Positions 1 to 10,828 are shown, numbered from the stretch's first letter. The stretch: DNA of 64,000 bases from Burkholderiales bacterium (GCA_038244115.1 JBBRTU010000001.1:224718-288717), one strand, 5' to 3'. Program-made: numbers and translations. Notes: generated from the sequence alone by a model not told the origin.

Positions 1-476
1 GAAGATATACCCAGCAATGTTGGGAGTTGCGATAAGCCGATGATGATCGCGGCGGCGTTGATGAACCCCATCAACACCGGATTCGACAGGAAATTCAGCA
101 GCACGCCCACACGCAGCACGCCGAAGGCAACTTGAAACACCCCCGACAACAGCGCCAGCAAAATGACATAAGAGTAGAATAAATCGGTGCCGTGAGCCGC
201 GAGCGGTGCAACGCTAGCTGCGGTAAGGAGCGAAGTCATGGCAACAGGGCCGGTGGAAAGTTGACGTGATGAGCCGAACAGCGCACCGACGACTGTCGGC
301 ACCAAAGCCGCATACAGGCCATAGTACGCCGGAACACCTGCCAGTTGAGCATAGGCAAGTGATTGCGGAATAGCTACCAGGGATACAGTAATACCGGCAA
401 ACAAGTCATTCTTGATCGTGCCGGGATTCCAAGAAAATAGTTTGGCAACAGGCAATCGATGAACTCGGACGTTCAT
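1..476 (-). CDS. SulP family anion permease, N-terminal part (gene continues past window start)
   Basis: ATG at 476 (cat at 474-476). My translation is MNVRVHRLPVAKLFSWNPGTIKNDLFAGITVSLVAIPQSLAYAQLAGVPAYYGLYAALVPTVVGALFGSSRQLSTGPVAMTSLL..., a typical SulP N-terminus, and it is open to position 1. It is absent from the ORF track because it is truncated by the window edge. Confidence 0.85.
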   Translation of the reverse strand, partial: MNVRVHRLPVAKLFSWNPGTIKNDLFAGITVSLVAIPQSLAYAQLAGVPAYYGLYAALVPTVVGALFGSSRQLSTGPVAMTSLLTAASVAPLAAHGTDLFYSYVILLALLSGVFQVAFGVLRVGVLLNFLSNPVLMGFINAAAIIIGLSQLPTLLGIS

Positions 477-557
477 TTTATTTTTTTAGCCCCATGTTTC
501 TGACAGATAAACCCCCAATGCTGCTTAATCAACGTATTATTCGCAGCGGCATTGTTT

Positions 558-755
558 TCATCGTGCATTCACGCCCCGCATGCCGTGATGGCTGATACCT
601 TGGGCATTTATTGCCCTCAGTCTATTTTTTTTCGCCAACGCCTTCTCCGCCTCATTTTGATCGAGGATTTCTTGCACTGCGTCCAGGTTTCCGGCCTCAG
701 CGAAAGCGATTGCCGTCAGTAGGCGATCGACTTTTTTAAAGAATTTTTTTATCAT
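558..755 (-). CDS. Small soluble hypothetical protein (65 aa), paralog of 4380..4598
   Basis: MIKKFFKKVDRLLTAIAFAEAGNLDAVQEIL... shares the core DRxLTAIAxAxxGxxDxVQxIL with ORF 4380..4598. It lies 82 bp upstream of the SulP start on the same strand. I prefer the ATG at 755 over the TTG at 800 because of the alignment with the paralog. The RBS is weak. Confidence 0.5.
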   Translation of the reverse strand: MIKKFFKKVDRLLTAIAFAEAGNLDAVQEILDQNEAEKALAKKNRLRAINAQGISHHGMRGVNAR

Positions 756-860
756 TGTTTGCACAACCAAAGAGAGTGACAGGCAACGTACAACGCTCAA
801 GACAACACCATCCTACAATGGTCACCGTCAAGCCTGCGTTAGCGCAGCGTCAAGGAAACG

Positions 861-2144
861 TTAAGACGAATGGGGATAAGAGAAGACCAGTTGAGCAGTA
901 GTACCGCTGCCTTCGGTACTTTCGATGAGGACTTCCCAGCCATAGCGTTCACAGATGCGCTTGACCAGTGATAGCCCAATGCCGGCGCCAGTACTGGCCG
1001 GCCCTTTGTAGTGCCGTTGGAATACTTTTTTAATTTCCTCGCCATGTATCCCCGGCCCGGTGTCGGCTACCGTCAAACGGTCGCCGTCAACGAAGATGGC
1101 AACCCTGCCGGATTCGGTATAGGAAAAGGCATTCCGGATAAGGTTGGCCACGACGATGCCAAGCAGCGTCTTCTCCGCCGCAATGCGTGGGTGGCTGCGG
1201 CAATCAAGCTCTACGCTGATTTGTTCCCTGACCAGATAGCGGTGCTTCTCGACAGCGTCCCTGACCACCTCACATACATCGCAATCCTGTACGACCGGTT
1301 CGTCCGACGTATCCTCCCTGGCCATCAGCAGCAAGGCGGCGGTCAGGTCTATCATATCTTTGGCGGCTCGCCCAATCCGTGCAGTACGCGCACGCTGCTT
1401 CTCGTCGAGCCGCTCATCATCCTCCATCAGTTCGACTGCACCTTGGACAATGGCAAGAGGTGTCCTGAGTTCGTGGCTCACATCTCCGGTAAAAGCGCGC
1501 TCCCGATCAATGAAAGCGCGCATACGTTTGAGGTAGCCGCCGAATACGCTGGCCAACTGGCCGATTTCGTCATGAGGAAATCCACTTTCAATATCCAGCG
1601 CCTCGTCTTCCGGTTTTGCCTTGCCAACCCGCTGGGCAAGCTCAGACACCGGTGAGATGACCTTTCCCGCTAGCCACCAGCCGATGCCTGCGGAAAACAA
1701 TGTCATGATGAGGGCGCCGACTCCCAAGTGAACCAGAAATTCTTCCTCCCGATAGCGCTGGCGCACCTCGTTGAACAACATGACATAACGCTCATCACCC
1801 CTATCGACCACGGCAACCCGATAAGGAATATTATCCAGCGTCAATTGATGCTTGCCGGGATCTAGCTTGAGCAACGCGGGGGGAATGTCGGCTGTCTTGC
1901 GGCCTGGCACATGCACATAACCGCGCACGCTGATTGTTGCGGGAGGCAAGGAATCCGGGTTACGCGACCGACGGGCGATATAGTCCTCGACTTCCGCACG
2001 CAGGGTTTCGTCCATCAGGCGTTGGCCAAGATTATGCGCGGTAAAAGAAAGCCCCATTGACAACAACAGGCTGACCAATGCGCCAAACCAGGCAAAGGTA
2101 AATGCTAGCCGGAAGCGCAGGCTATGTCGAAAATTAGGGCGCAT
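861..2144 (-). CDS. Two-component sensor histidine kinase (2 TM, HAMP, HisKA, HATPase_c)
   Basis: H-box SHELRTPLA and G-box motifs DTGPGI and GAGIGLSLV. There are two hydrophobic segments flanking a ~130-aa periplasmic loop. It sits directly downstream of an OmpR-type response regulator. Confidence 0.9.
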   Translation of the reverse strand: MRPNFRHSLRFRLAFTFAWFGALVSLLLSMGLSFTAHNLGQRLMDETLRAEVEDYIARRSRNPDSLPPATISVRGYVHVPGRKTADIPPALLKLDPGKHQLTLDNIPYRVAVVDRGDERYVMLFNEVRQRYREEEFLVHLGVGALIMTLFSAGIGWWLAGKVISPVSELAQRVGKAKPEDEALDIESGFPHDEIGQLASVFGGYLKRMRAFIDRERAFTGDVSHELRTPLAIVQGAVELMEDDERLDEKQRARTARIGRAAKDMIDLTAALLLMAREDTSDEPVVQDCDVCEVVRDAVEKHRYLVREQISVELDCRSHPRIAAEKTLLGIVVANLIRNAFSYTESGRVAIFVDGDRLTVADTGPGIHGEEIKKVFQRHYKGPASTGAGIGLSLVKRICERYGWEVLIESTEGSGTTAQLVFSYPHSS

Positions 2145-2173
2145 CTCAAGACACCACGCCGGTGAATATTGTT

Positions 2174-2845
2174 CTACTCATCACTGATTTGATAGCCGAT
2201 CCCGCGCAGCGTTTTTACCAGCGGTCTGACCGATAGCTTGTCGATTGCGCTGCGCAGGATATGCAGATGCGCCCGCAAGGCATCACTGTCAGGCGGCGAA
2301 TCGCCCCAAATTCCGCGCTCAAGCTCTTCCCGCGGCAATACGCGGGGGGAGTGCTTCATCAGCATTTCCAGGATTCTCAACGGAATGGGCGGCAGTTCTA
2401 TGGCGCGTTCGCCGCGCATTACCTTGAGTGTGGCAGGGTCGAAAGACAAATCGCCCACTTGCAGCATAGACGGGCCTTCGCGTACTTGCGCGCGCCGCAC
2501 CAATGCGCGCAAACGCGCTTCCACTTCACGCAAGGCAAACGGCTTGACCACATAATCGTCAGCCCCGGCCTCCAACCCCGCAATCTTATCGTCCAGCGAA
2601 TCGCGCGCGGTCAGCATCAATACCGGTACGTGTTTACCGGCCTCGCGCAATCGCCGGCATATCGTCAGTCCATCTATACCGGGTAGCATCAGGTCCAGAA
2701 TGATCACGTCGTACTGATTCGACGCCGCAAGGTGAAGCCCCGAAATGCCATCTCCAGCCAAGTCCAAGGTATGGCCCTTCGCCTCGAAATAATCGAACAT
2801 GTTCAGCGCAAGGTCGCGGTTATCTTCTATGAGAAGAATATTCAT
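2174..2845 (-). CDS. OmpR/PhoB-family response regulator
   Basis: Receiver domain (MNILLIEDN...DVIILDLMLPGIDG...KPF) plus a C-terminal winged-helix domain (LRTLRGIGYQI). Confidence 0.92.
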   Translation of the reverse strand: MNILLIEDNRDLALNMFDYFEAKGHTLDLAGDGISGLHLAASNQYDVIILDLMLPGIDGLTICRRLREAGKHVPVLMLTARDSLDDKIAGLEAGADDYVVKPFALREVEARLRALVRRAQVREGPSMLQVGDLSFDPATLKVMRGERAIELPPIPLRILEMLMKHSPRVLPREELERGIWGDSPPDSDALRAHLHILRSAIDKLSVRPLVKTLRGIGYQISDE

Positions 2846-2931
2846 CCTGTCTGTCCAGAACTTGGTGAAGCGAAGCGCATTAACACTCTGCTAAAGCGCG
2901 TAGTTTACTAGAAACGCGGGGAAGGATGCCC

Positions 2932-2963
2932 AAAAAAACGGCCAGACATTAAGCCTGGCCGTC
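2932..2963 (-). terminator. Rho-independent terminator after the TauE operon
   Basis: On the minus strand: stem ACGGCCAG, loop gcttaatgt, stem CTGGCCGT, followed by TTTTTTT. It lies 22 nt after the TauE stop. Confidence 0.7.
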
Positions 2964-2984
2964 TATTTGCTTGGACAACTACCG

Positions 2985-4064
2985 CTAGTCTATGGCTACA
3001 GCTTCTCCCAGCACTGCATGCTGCCGTCTGTGCTGACGCATGCCTTGCAGCAAAGCCCTCAGCACAATGCCGGCACCCACGACCAGCGCCAGAATCATGA
3101 TGCCGAAGCTGACATTCTTCAGCAGCTTCATCGACGCTTCGGTCATCGGCTCAATCAGCCCCAGCTGGGAAAGATAAACCGGGATCACGAAAGCGCGGCT
3201 AACCAAAACGGTAACCATGATTACGCCCATCACCACCTTGATCATGAACGGTTTTACATAGGTGGTGCCAATCGCGCCAATCTGGATGCCGAACAATGAC
3301 CCGGCAAGAATAATCATGGCAAGGCGAATATCCACAAACCCGCTCCAGGCAAACTTGATGGTGCCGCCCACACCCATCACGAAAGCGATGACCAGTTCGG
3401 TGGCAGAGGCCATCATCGAAGGCACGCCCAGCACATACATCATCGCAGGCACGCCAACGAACCCGCCCACCGCGATAGTCGCCGCCAGCATACCGGCGGC
3501 GAAACCAAGGGGGATGGTAAACAACACCGATACCCTGGCCTTGATGCTATCGAAATACACCATGGTGCCGGGAATATGGATCGACTGAACCCAGCGCGCC
3601 AGCGGGCCGGCTTGTTCATCTTCATTGGTATTGCCGGATTGGTAAATCTTGATCGCATCGCGCAACACATAACCACCCACGATGGCCAGCACGACCACGA
3701 AGGCGACACTGACGTACAGGTTGGAGCCGGCATCACCGAAAGCTTTTTTGATACCCTCCTGGATATGCGCGCCGTAGAGTACCCCGAATTCTGCGGACAC
3801 CCCCATGACCAGTCCAAGCTTGAGATCCACCTGACCGTATTTGGCACGCTTGACCGAACCCACCAGCGCCTTGGGGAATTTATGGCACATGTTGCTCGCC
3901 ACCGCCACAATGCCCGGCACACCCATCGCCATCATCGCCGGAGTCAGCACGAATGCACCGCCGGAACCGATAAAACCGCTCACCAGGCCCCCGATAAATC
4001 CGACAATGAACAAATAGGTCATGCCAGCCGCAGTAAGGTCGATAAAATTTGCTGATATTTCCAC
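2985..4064 (-). CDS. TauE/SafE-family (sulfite-exporter-like) membrane protein
   Basis: Polytopic membrane protein with the family motif GGLVSGFIGSGGAFVLTP and an internal duplication. GTG start at 4064 preceded by AAGGAG. Confidence 0.8.
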   Translation of the reverse strand: MEISANFIDLTAAGMTYLFIVGFIGGLVSGFIGSGGAFVLTPAMMAMGVPGIVAVASNMCHKFPKALVGSVKRAKYGQVDLKLGLVMGVSAEFGVLYGAHIQEGIKKAFGDAGSNLYVSVAFVVVLAIVGGYVLRDAIKIYQSGNTNEDEQAGPLARWVQSIHIPGTMVYFDSIKARVSVLFTIPLGFAAGMLAATIAVGGFVGVPAMMYVLGVPSMMASATELVIAFVMGVGGTIKFAWSGFVDIRLAMIILAGSLFGIQIGAIGTTYVKPFMIKVVMGVIMVTVLVSRAFVIPVYLSQLGLIEPMTEASMKLLKNVSFGIMILALVVGAGIVLRALLQGMRQHRRQHAVLGEAVAID

Positions 4065-4089
4065 TTGAAATACTCCTTTTATTTTGTAT

Positions 4090-4335
4090 TTATTTTTTGG
4101 CTTTTATACCCAGCACATCCCAGAACTCGCCGGTAAATGCGCCATGAGCGAACGAAAAAATGAAGGCGATGCTGATGGGAATAATGAACGACCATCTCCC
4201 CTGCGAGGTCAAGCTCAAAATCGTTTCCTCATAAGAAAACAACGTCACAAAAAGCGCAAGGCTCAGTGCGCCTAATAGCATGACTTTGGCCACTTGTTTA
4301 GTGCCTGGTTGTGAATCTTCGCTAGACATAAGCAT
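4090..4335 (-). CDS. Small 2-TM membrane protein (81 aa), hypothetical
   Basis: Two hydrophobic helices (VMLLGALSLALFVTLF; FIIPISIAFIFSFAHGAF). AAGGGAGAG RBS. It lies between the small soluble protein and TauE in the same operon. Confidence 0.6.
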   Translation of the reverse strand: MLMSSEDSQPGTKQVAKVMLLGALSLALFVTLFSYEETILSLTSQGRWSFIIPISIAFIFSFAHGAFTGEFWDVLGIKAKK

Positions 4336-4379
4336 CTCTCCCTTAGGTAATGCAGTTGGTAAAATCTGACAGTCGCACC

Positions 4380-4598
4380 TTAGCGCTGGCCAACTGCTAC
4401 GATTGGCCTATGGGACAAGCTTTCCTTTGTCATGACCGCTTCGGCTTTATTATTTAGTGGGTTAGGGTTGTCCGACGCCCTCCCCTGAAGAATATTCTGG
4501 ACGCCATCGAAATCGCCTACATCTGCCAGCGCAATGGCGGTAAGCCTTCTGTCAAATGCGCTAAACATTCCTTTCAATTTGCCTATCAAGTAGTTCAT
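4380..4598 (-). CDS. Small soluble hypothetical protein (72 aa), paralog of 558..755
   Basis: MNYLIGKLKGMFSAFDRRLTAIALADVGDFDGVQNIL.... The ATG at 4598 is preceded by a perfect AGGAGG. The TTG at 4634 used by the ORF track falls inside the predicted 5' UTR. Confidence 0.6.
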   Translation of the reverse strand: MNYLIGKLKGMFSAFDRRLTAIALADVGDFDGVQNILQGRASDNPNPLNNKAEAVMTKESLSHRPIVAVGQR

Positions 4599-4652
4599 AC
4601 ATCCTCCTGGTAAATAGTCCGACGTCGGCAACAAGGCCTACTTACTTTGACA

Positions 4653-4667
4653 GCAATTACCGTGCCA
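4653..4667 (-). promoter_or_regulatory. Sigma-54 (-24/-12) promoter
   Basis: The minus strand reads TTGGCACGGTAATTGCTG, an exact TGGCAC-N5-TTGC. It lies ~55 nt upstream of the ATG at 4598. Confidence 0.75.
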
Positions 4668-4684
4668 ACGTCGTAATTAACACA

Positions 4685-4697
4685 TAACAGATTGATA
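4685..4697 (-). promoter_or_regulatory. Candidate IHF site
   Basis: The minus strand reads TATCAATCTGTTA, which matches WATCAANNNNTTR at every specified position. It sits in an AT-rich tract between the sigma-54 promoter and the upstream inverted repeat. Confidence 0.5.
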
Positions 4698-4743
4698 TAT
4701 ATATATTATGTTAATATTTTCCAGGACAAGAAAAAAAAGTAAT

Positions 4744-4777
4744 TTGTTGCAAATAGCAATACACAATCTCGCAACAA
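4744..4777. promoter_or_regulatory. Candidate enhancer (UAS) for the NtrC-type activator
   Basis: Inverted repeat TTGTTGC (4744-4750) / GCAACAA (4771-4777) with an inner TTGC-N5-GCAA (4747-4759). It lies ~80-110 bp upstream of the -24 element. Confidence 0.4.
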
Positions 4778-4861
4778 GCCTATTCACCGCCTTTACGGCC
4801 TTTAAATGGCCAAATAAACCAGCATCTGTTTTGTTACAGTACAAAAAGAGGTGATTGCATA

Positions 4862-6390
<1,529 letters not shown>

Positions 6391-6394
<4 letters not shown>

Positions 6395-7791
6395 GTGAAT
6401 TAATGGAGAAAACAAAGCACATGCAACACAAGGGAAAATTACTCATCGTCGAAGACGAAAAAACTGCGCTGAAAAATCTTGTCCATGTATTGAAAAAGGA
6501 AGGCTACGAAGTCACCGGTGCACAAAGTGGAAGCGCTGCGCTGACGTTGATCGAGAATCAGCCGTTCGATGTCGTGCTAACCGACCTGAAGATGGAAAAA
6601 GTGGATGGCATGCAAGTGCTGAAAAAATGCCGCGAGCGGCATCCGGATACGGAAGTGATCATGATCACTGGCCATGCAACGCCGGAGTCGGCAGTGGAAG
6701 CCATGAAGCAGGGCGCATTTTATTACATCGCCAAACCGTTCCGTCTGGATGAGGTTCGACAAGTAGTCAGCGAGGCGATATCAAAAACTCGCTTGAAGCA
6801 TGAAAACCGCCAGCTACGCGAACAGATCGAAAGTTATCAGGGCAAGGTCAAGATCATCACCCAGGATCCGCACATGCTGCGTCTTCTGGATATGGCCAGA
6901 CAAGTAGCACCGACCGATTGCAACATACTGATCACCGGTGAATCAGGCACCGGCAAGGAATTATTCGCGCGTTACGTACACTACAACAGCACACGAACGG
7001 ATGGCCCTTTTCTGGCGGTAAACTGCGGCGCGTTCAGCGAGCAATTGCTGTCGAATGAATTATTCGGACATGAAAAAGGCGCGTTCACCGGCGCGCAAAC
7101 ATTAAAGAAAGGACTGATCGAATCCGCCGCAGGCGGCACGCTATTTCTCGATGAGATCACCGAAATGATTCCGGCCATGCAAGTCAAATTGCTGCGTGTC
7201 ATTCAGGAACGTGAGGTGCTGCGTCTGGGTGGTATCCGGCCAGTCAAGGCGGATACCCGCTACATTGCTGCTACTAACCGGAACATGGCGGAAATGACCC
7301 AAAGCGGCTCGTTCCGGCAAGATCTATTTTTTCGCCTCAATGTCGTCAACCTGCATATCCCGCCCCTGTGCGAGCGTAGCGGCGATGTGGTACTGCTTTG
7401 CTATTTCTTCCTGAAGAAATTTTCCATCCTGATGAAAAAAGAGGTCAGCGAAATTTCGCCGGAAGTTATTTTAGTGCTGGATAACTATAATTTTCCCGGC
7501 AACGTGCGCGAACTGGAAAACATCATGGAGCGGGGTGTTGCACTCAGCAATGGAAATACCATCGAACTAGCACATTTGCCTGATAGCTTGCGCGAGCTAA
7601 GTACACGCACATTCCAAAAGAAAGAAGGGCGCATTTCCTCGCTGGAAGAACAGGAAATGGCCTATATCAAGTGGGTGCTCAACCAAGCGGATGGGAACCA
7701 GACCCTGGCAGCGCAGTTGCTCGGCATCAACCGCGTGTCACTGTGGCGCAAGCTAAAGAGCTATGGCCTAAACGGCGAGTCACTTCCTTGA
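6391..7791 (+). CDS. Sigma-54-dependent response regulator (NtrC family: REC-AAA+-HTH)
   Basis: Receiver domain, Walker A GESGTGKE, GAFTGA motif (EKGAFTGA), and a C-terminal Fis-type HTH (QTLAAQLLGINRVSLWRKLK). Confidence 0.93.
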
Positions 7792-7810
7792 AATCGCAGA
7801 CCCTGACGGA

Positions 7811-9571
7811 TTATTCTTCCCTCGGCGTGCCGTCGGGCAAATAGGTATGGCACGTGGAAAAAATTCTTGCCTTGCAGTTACGGCATATATCCGAATCCAG
7901 CGTTGGATAAATCGCCTTGATCCAGTCAGACTTGGCCGGGAAGAAGCCTTCATTGCCAATATCATCAAGCTTGTCAGCCTGGTGTAGATATTTATAAATG
8001 GAATCCCGGCAACGATAGAAATACAAACCGCCGCCCATCTTGCGCCGCCTTCTCGCTTCCTGCGCCAGCATCTCGGCGCCCGCCACATCGACAAAATTAA
8101 TCCCGCTTGCCACCACCATCACCGATTTGTAATTCGGATTGTTTTCATCAATGCTCAACAGACTATTCTGCACATGATCCACCGCACCAAAGAAGATTGG
8201 CCCATTGACACGGATGATCTTCAACTGCGGGCATTCCTCATGCTCATCCGCAGTCACAAAATGGTAAGCGCCCTCCTCCTTGGCCGGCACAACCGCATCA
8301 ACGTTTGGACGTGAAACGCGATAAAGATAAATTACCAAGGAAAGCAGGATTCCGAAGAAGATGCCTTTTTCCAGATCGATCAAGGTACCAATCAAGGTTA
8401 CCCATAGGATAACGGTCTCGCTGCGGTCTGATTTCGTGATGGCTGCAATGTGGTGAAAATCAATCAACCCCCAAGCCACCAGGAACAAGATGCCAGCCAT
8501 GGCTGCAGTCGGCAAATACGATGCCAAGGGTGCAACCAGCAATAAAATCAGCAGCAAAAAAACAGAAGCAAACACCGTTGCTAGTGGCGTCTTTGCACCC
8601 GCAGCGTAGTTCACGCCACTACGGTTGAAAGAACCGCAGGAGGCGTAGGCAGAAAAGAAACTACCGATAACATTGGAAATGCCTTGACCAATAAATTCCT
8701 GATTCCCATCGATGCGCTGTTCCGATTTCACAGCAATCGAGCGGGAAATAGAAACCGCTTCCGTCAGCGCCAACATGGTGACAACCAACGCAGGAAAAAC
8801 AATTTTCTGGATCGTGCCCCATGAAAAATCCGGGGAGGAGAGCGGTGGAAAATGCGCCGGGAGCGCGCCTACTGTTTTGATGTGGGTATGCTCAAAACCC
8901 CATTTTAGATTCAAAAAATAGGCCAAAAAACTGCCCGCAATCATGGCCACGATCATATAGGGGAATTTGGGTAAAAACTTTTTTGCTGCGATGCCGATGA
9001 CCAAGGTCACCACACCCACAATCAGAACATAAGGTTGAATATCTGACGCCTGAAGAACCAGCTGCTCAAGCACGATATCGATGCGTGCACCACGCGGGAT
9101 ATTCAGGCCAAAGAAGCTTTTCACCTGGCTCATGGCAATCAGAATTGCTGCGCCCGCCGTAAACCCGATTACCACTGTGTGAGAAATAAAGTTAACCAGC
9201 ACGCCCATACGCGCCAGTCCCAAAACGAGTTGGAATACACCCGTCAAGAAAGTCAGGGTCAACACCATGCTGACATACTGCTGCGTACCCGGTTCCACCA
9301 CGTGACTAACCGCCGCGAACACAGCGATCGAAATCGCGGTGGTCGGGCCTGACACAAGATGCCAGGAAGAACCAAATAGTGCGGCAACTATCGCCGGCAC
9401 CATGGCAGCATACAAACCATATTCTGGCGGCATACCTGCAATGGTGGCAAATGCCACGCCTTGCGGCAGCACGATCAGCGCACCGGTGATACCGGCAATC
9501 AGATCCGCCTTGGTGGTGTCCTTGTTGACCATTGGCCACCAACGCAGGAACGGAAAAAATTTATGCAGCAT
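7811..9571 (-). CDS. SulP family anion permease with C-terminal STAS domain
   Basis: MLHKFFPFLRWW...ADLIAGITGALIVLPQGVAFATIAGMPPEYGLYAAMV. The STAS region is KIIRVNGPIFFGAVDHV. I prefer the start at internal Met 18 of the track ORF. Confidence 0.9.
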   Translation of the reverse strand: MLHKFFPFLRWWPMVNKDTTKADLIAGITGALIVLPQGVAFATIAGMPPEYGLYAAMVPAIVAALFGSSWHLVSGPTTAISIAVFAAVSHVVEPGTQQYVSMVLTLTFLTGVFQLVLGLARMGVLVNFISHTVVIGFTAGAAILIAMSQVKSFFGLNIPRGARIDIVLEQLVLQASDIQPYVLIVGVVTLVIGIAAKKFLPKFPYMIVAMIAGSFLAYFLNLKWGFEHTHIKTVGALPAHFPPLSSPDFSWGTIQKIVFPALVVTMLALTEAVSISRSIAVKSEQRIDGNQEFIGQGISNVIGSFFSAYASCGSFNRSGVNYAAGAKTPLATVFASVFLLLILLLVAPLASYLPTAAMAGILFLVAWGLIDFHHIAAITKSDRSETVILWVTLIGTLIDLEKGIFFGILLSLVIYLYRVSRPNVDAVVPAKEEGAYHFVTADEHEECPQLKIIRVNGPIFFGAVDHVQNSLLSIDENNPNYKSVMVVASGINFVDVAGAEMLAQEARRRRKMGGGLYFYRCRDSIYKYLHQADKLDDIGNEGFFPAKSDWIKAIYPTLDSDICRNCKARIFSTCHTYLPDGTPREE

Positions 9572-9758
9572 GAGAGAGGGATTGAGGGACACGGTTTTTC
9601 CTAATGATAACTGAACGCACATTTTTTAACCGTCAAATTATCCTATTTTTTCATATACTTTGCAACCAATGCCAGCAAAGCAACACAGCCTTGCCACTTG
9701 AAATAATGTGTATCATAATCAACATTATTCTGTTTCACTTATAACAATTATTAACCCC

Positions 9759-10736
9759 ATGAGTTTAGTCAAAAGCCCTGCTACGGACAAATGGCTGGTG
9801 TTCGTCGTTAGCCTCCCCACTACCAGCACCACTCTACGCATGCGCATATGGCGCGCCATGAAGGCGCTCGGCTGTGCGGTGTTGCGAGACAGCGTGTATT
9901 TATTGCCGGCAGGACGCGGGCTACGACAGGCTTTGCGCGTGCACGCGGAAGAAATCAAGAACAGCGGCGGCAATGCTTACCTGCTCCATGTCGCCAGCAG
10001 TAGCAGCGAAGAGAAACACGATTTCCAGAACCTGTTCGATCACAGCAGCGAGTACAAAGCGCTGCTTGAAAAAATCAACGCATTTCGGGGCGCATACCAG
10101 ACAGCGGAAGTTGGATCAGCACGCCGCCAGATCAAAAATTTGCGTCGCGAACTAGGTGGCATCACGGCAACAGATTACTTCCCAAAACCCCTTCGATTCG
10201 AAGTTGAAGACCGCTTAGCACAGGCGGAAACCACTTTTCTGGCCAGCCTGTCGCCGCGCGAACCGAACTCCAACGGTGCAAGCATTGTGATTCGCCAGCG
10301 ACAGGATTTTCAGGCGCGACGCTGGGCCACCCATAAACAACCAGATGCAGACCGGCTGGCGAGCGCATGGCTGATCCAGCGTTTTATCGACACGAAGGCA
10401 ACCTTCATCTGGCTGCCGGAAGGAGCAAAAATTTCAGCCAACGTTACCGGATTTGGTTTTGAAAAATCCGAATTCAGCCCATCGAGCAATCAGACTATAT
10501 TTGAAGTTCTGTGCACTAGCTTCGACATGGAGAGGGATCCCGGGCTACTGCGCATCGGCTCCATCATCCACTGCCTGGCAGCAAACACAGCGGATGTTAC
10601 TGAAGCTATCGGCGTAGCCCGGCTACTGAAAGGGATAAGGCGCACCTGCAAAGACAATGACGCGCTGCTTGCAGAAACTTCCCGACTTTTCGATTTGTTA
10701 TATGCCGGGTATACGGAGGGTGGAAGCAAAATGTAG
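9759..10736 (+). CDS. chrB: ChrB-family chromate resistance/regulatory protein (copy 1)
   Basis: N-terminus WLVFVVSLPTTSTTLRMRIWRAMKALGCAVLRDSVYLLP and C-terminal domain RWATHKQPDADRLASAWLIQRFID, both typical of ChrB. Confidence 0.85.
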   Translation: MSLVKSPATDKWLVFVVSLPTTSTTLRMRIWRAMKALGCAVLRDSVYLLPAGRGLRQALRVHAEEIKNSGGNAYLLHVASSSSEEKHDFQNLFDHSSEYKALLEKINAFRGAYQTAEVGSARRQIKNLRRELGGITATDYFPKPLRFEVEDRLAQAETTFLASLSPREPNSNGASIVIRQRQDFQARRWATHKQPDADRLASAWLIQRFIDTKATFIWLPEGAKISANVTGFGFEKSEFSPSSNQTIFEVLCTSFDMERDPGLLRIGSIIHCLAANTADVTEAIGVARLLKGIRRTCKDNDALLAETSRLFDLLYAGYTEGGSKM

Positions 10737-10816
10737 GATGGGTGGAACGTAGCGATACCCATCGTTGTTGCTTGCGATTTTGATGGGTATCGAAAAAGAC
10801 GCTCCACCCATCCTAC
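10733..10816. repeat. Palindromic REP-like element (double hairpin)
   Basis: Outer arms GTAGGATGGGTGGA / TCCACCCATCCTAC and inner arms GATACCCATC / GATGGGTATC. It sits between convergent genes, and the chrB1 TAG stop lies inside the left arm. Confidence 0.7.
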
Positions 10817-10828
10817 GCCACTATCGCA

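Noticed and set aside
7841-7870. TGGCAC hexamers at 7846, 24444, 32925 and 33044 as extra sigma-54 promoters
   Set aside because: None has a GC dinucleotide (TTGC) at the required 10-nt spacing from the GG. Several lie inside genes or repeats.
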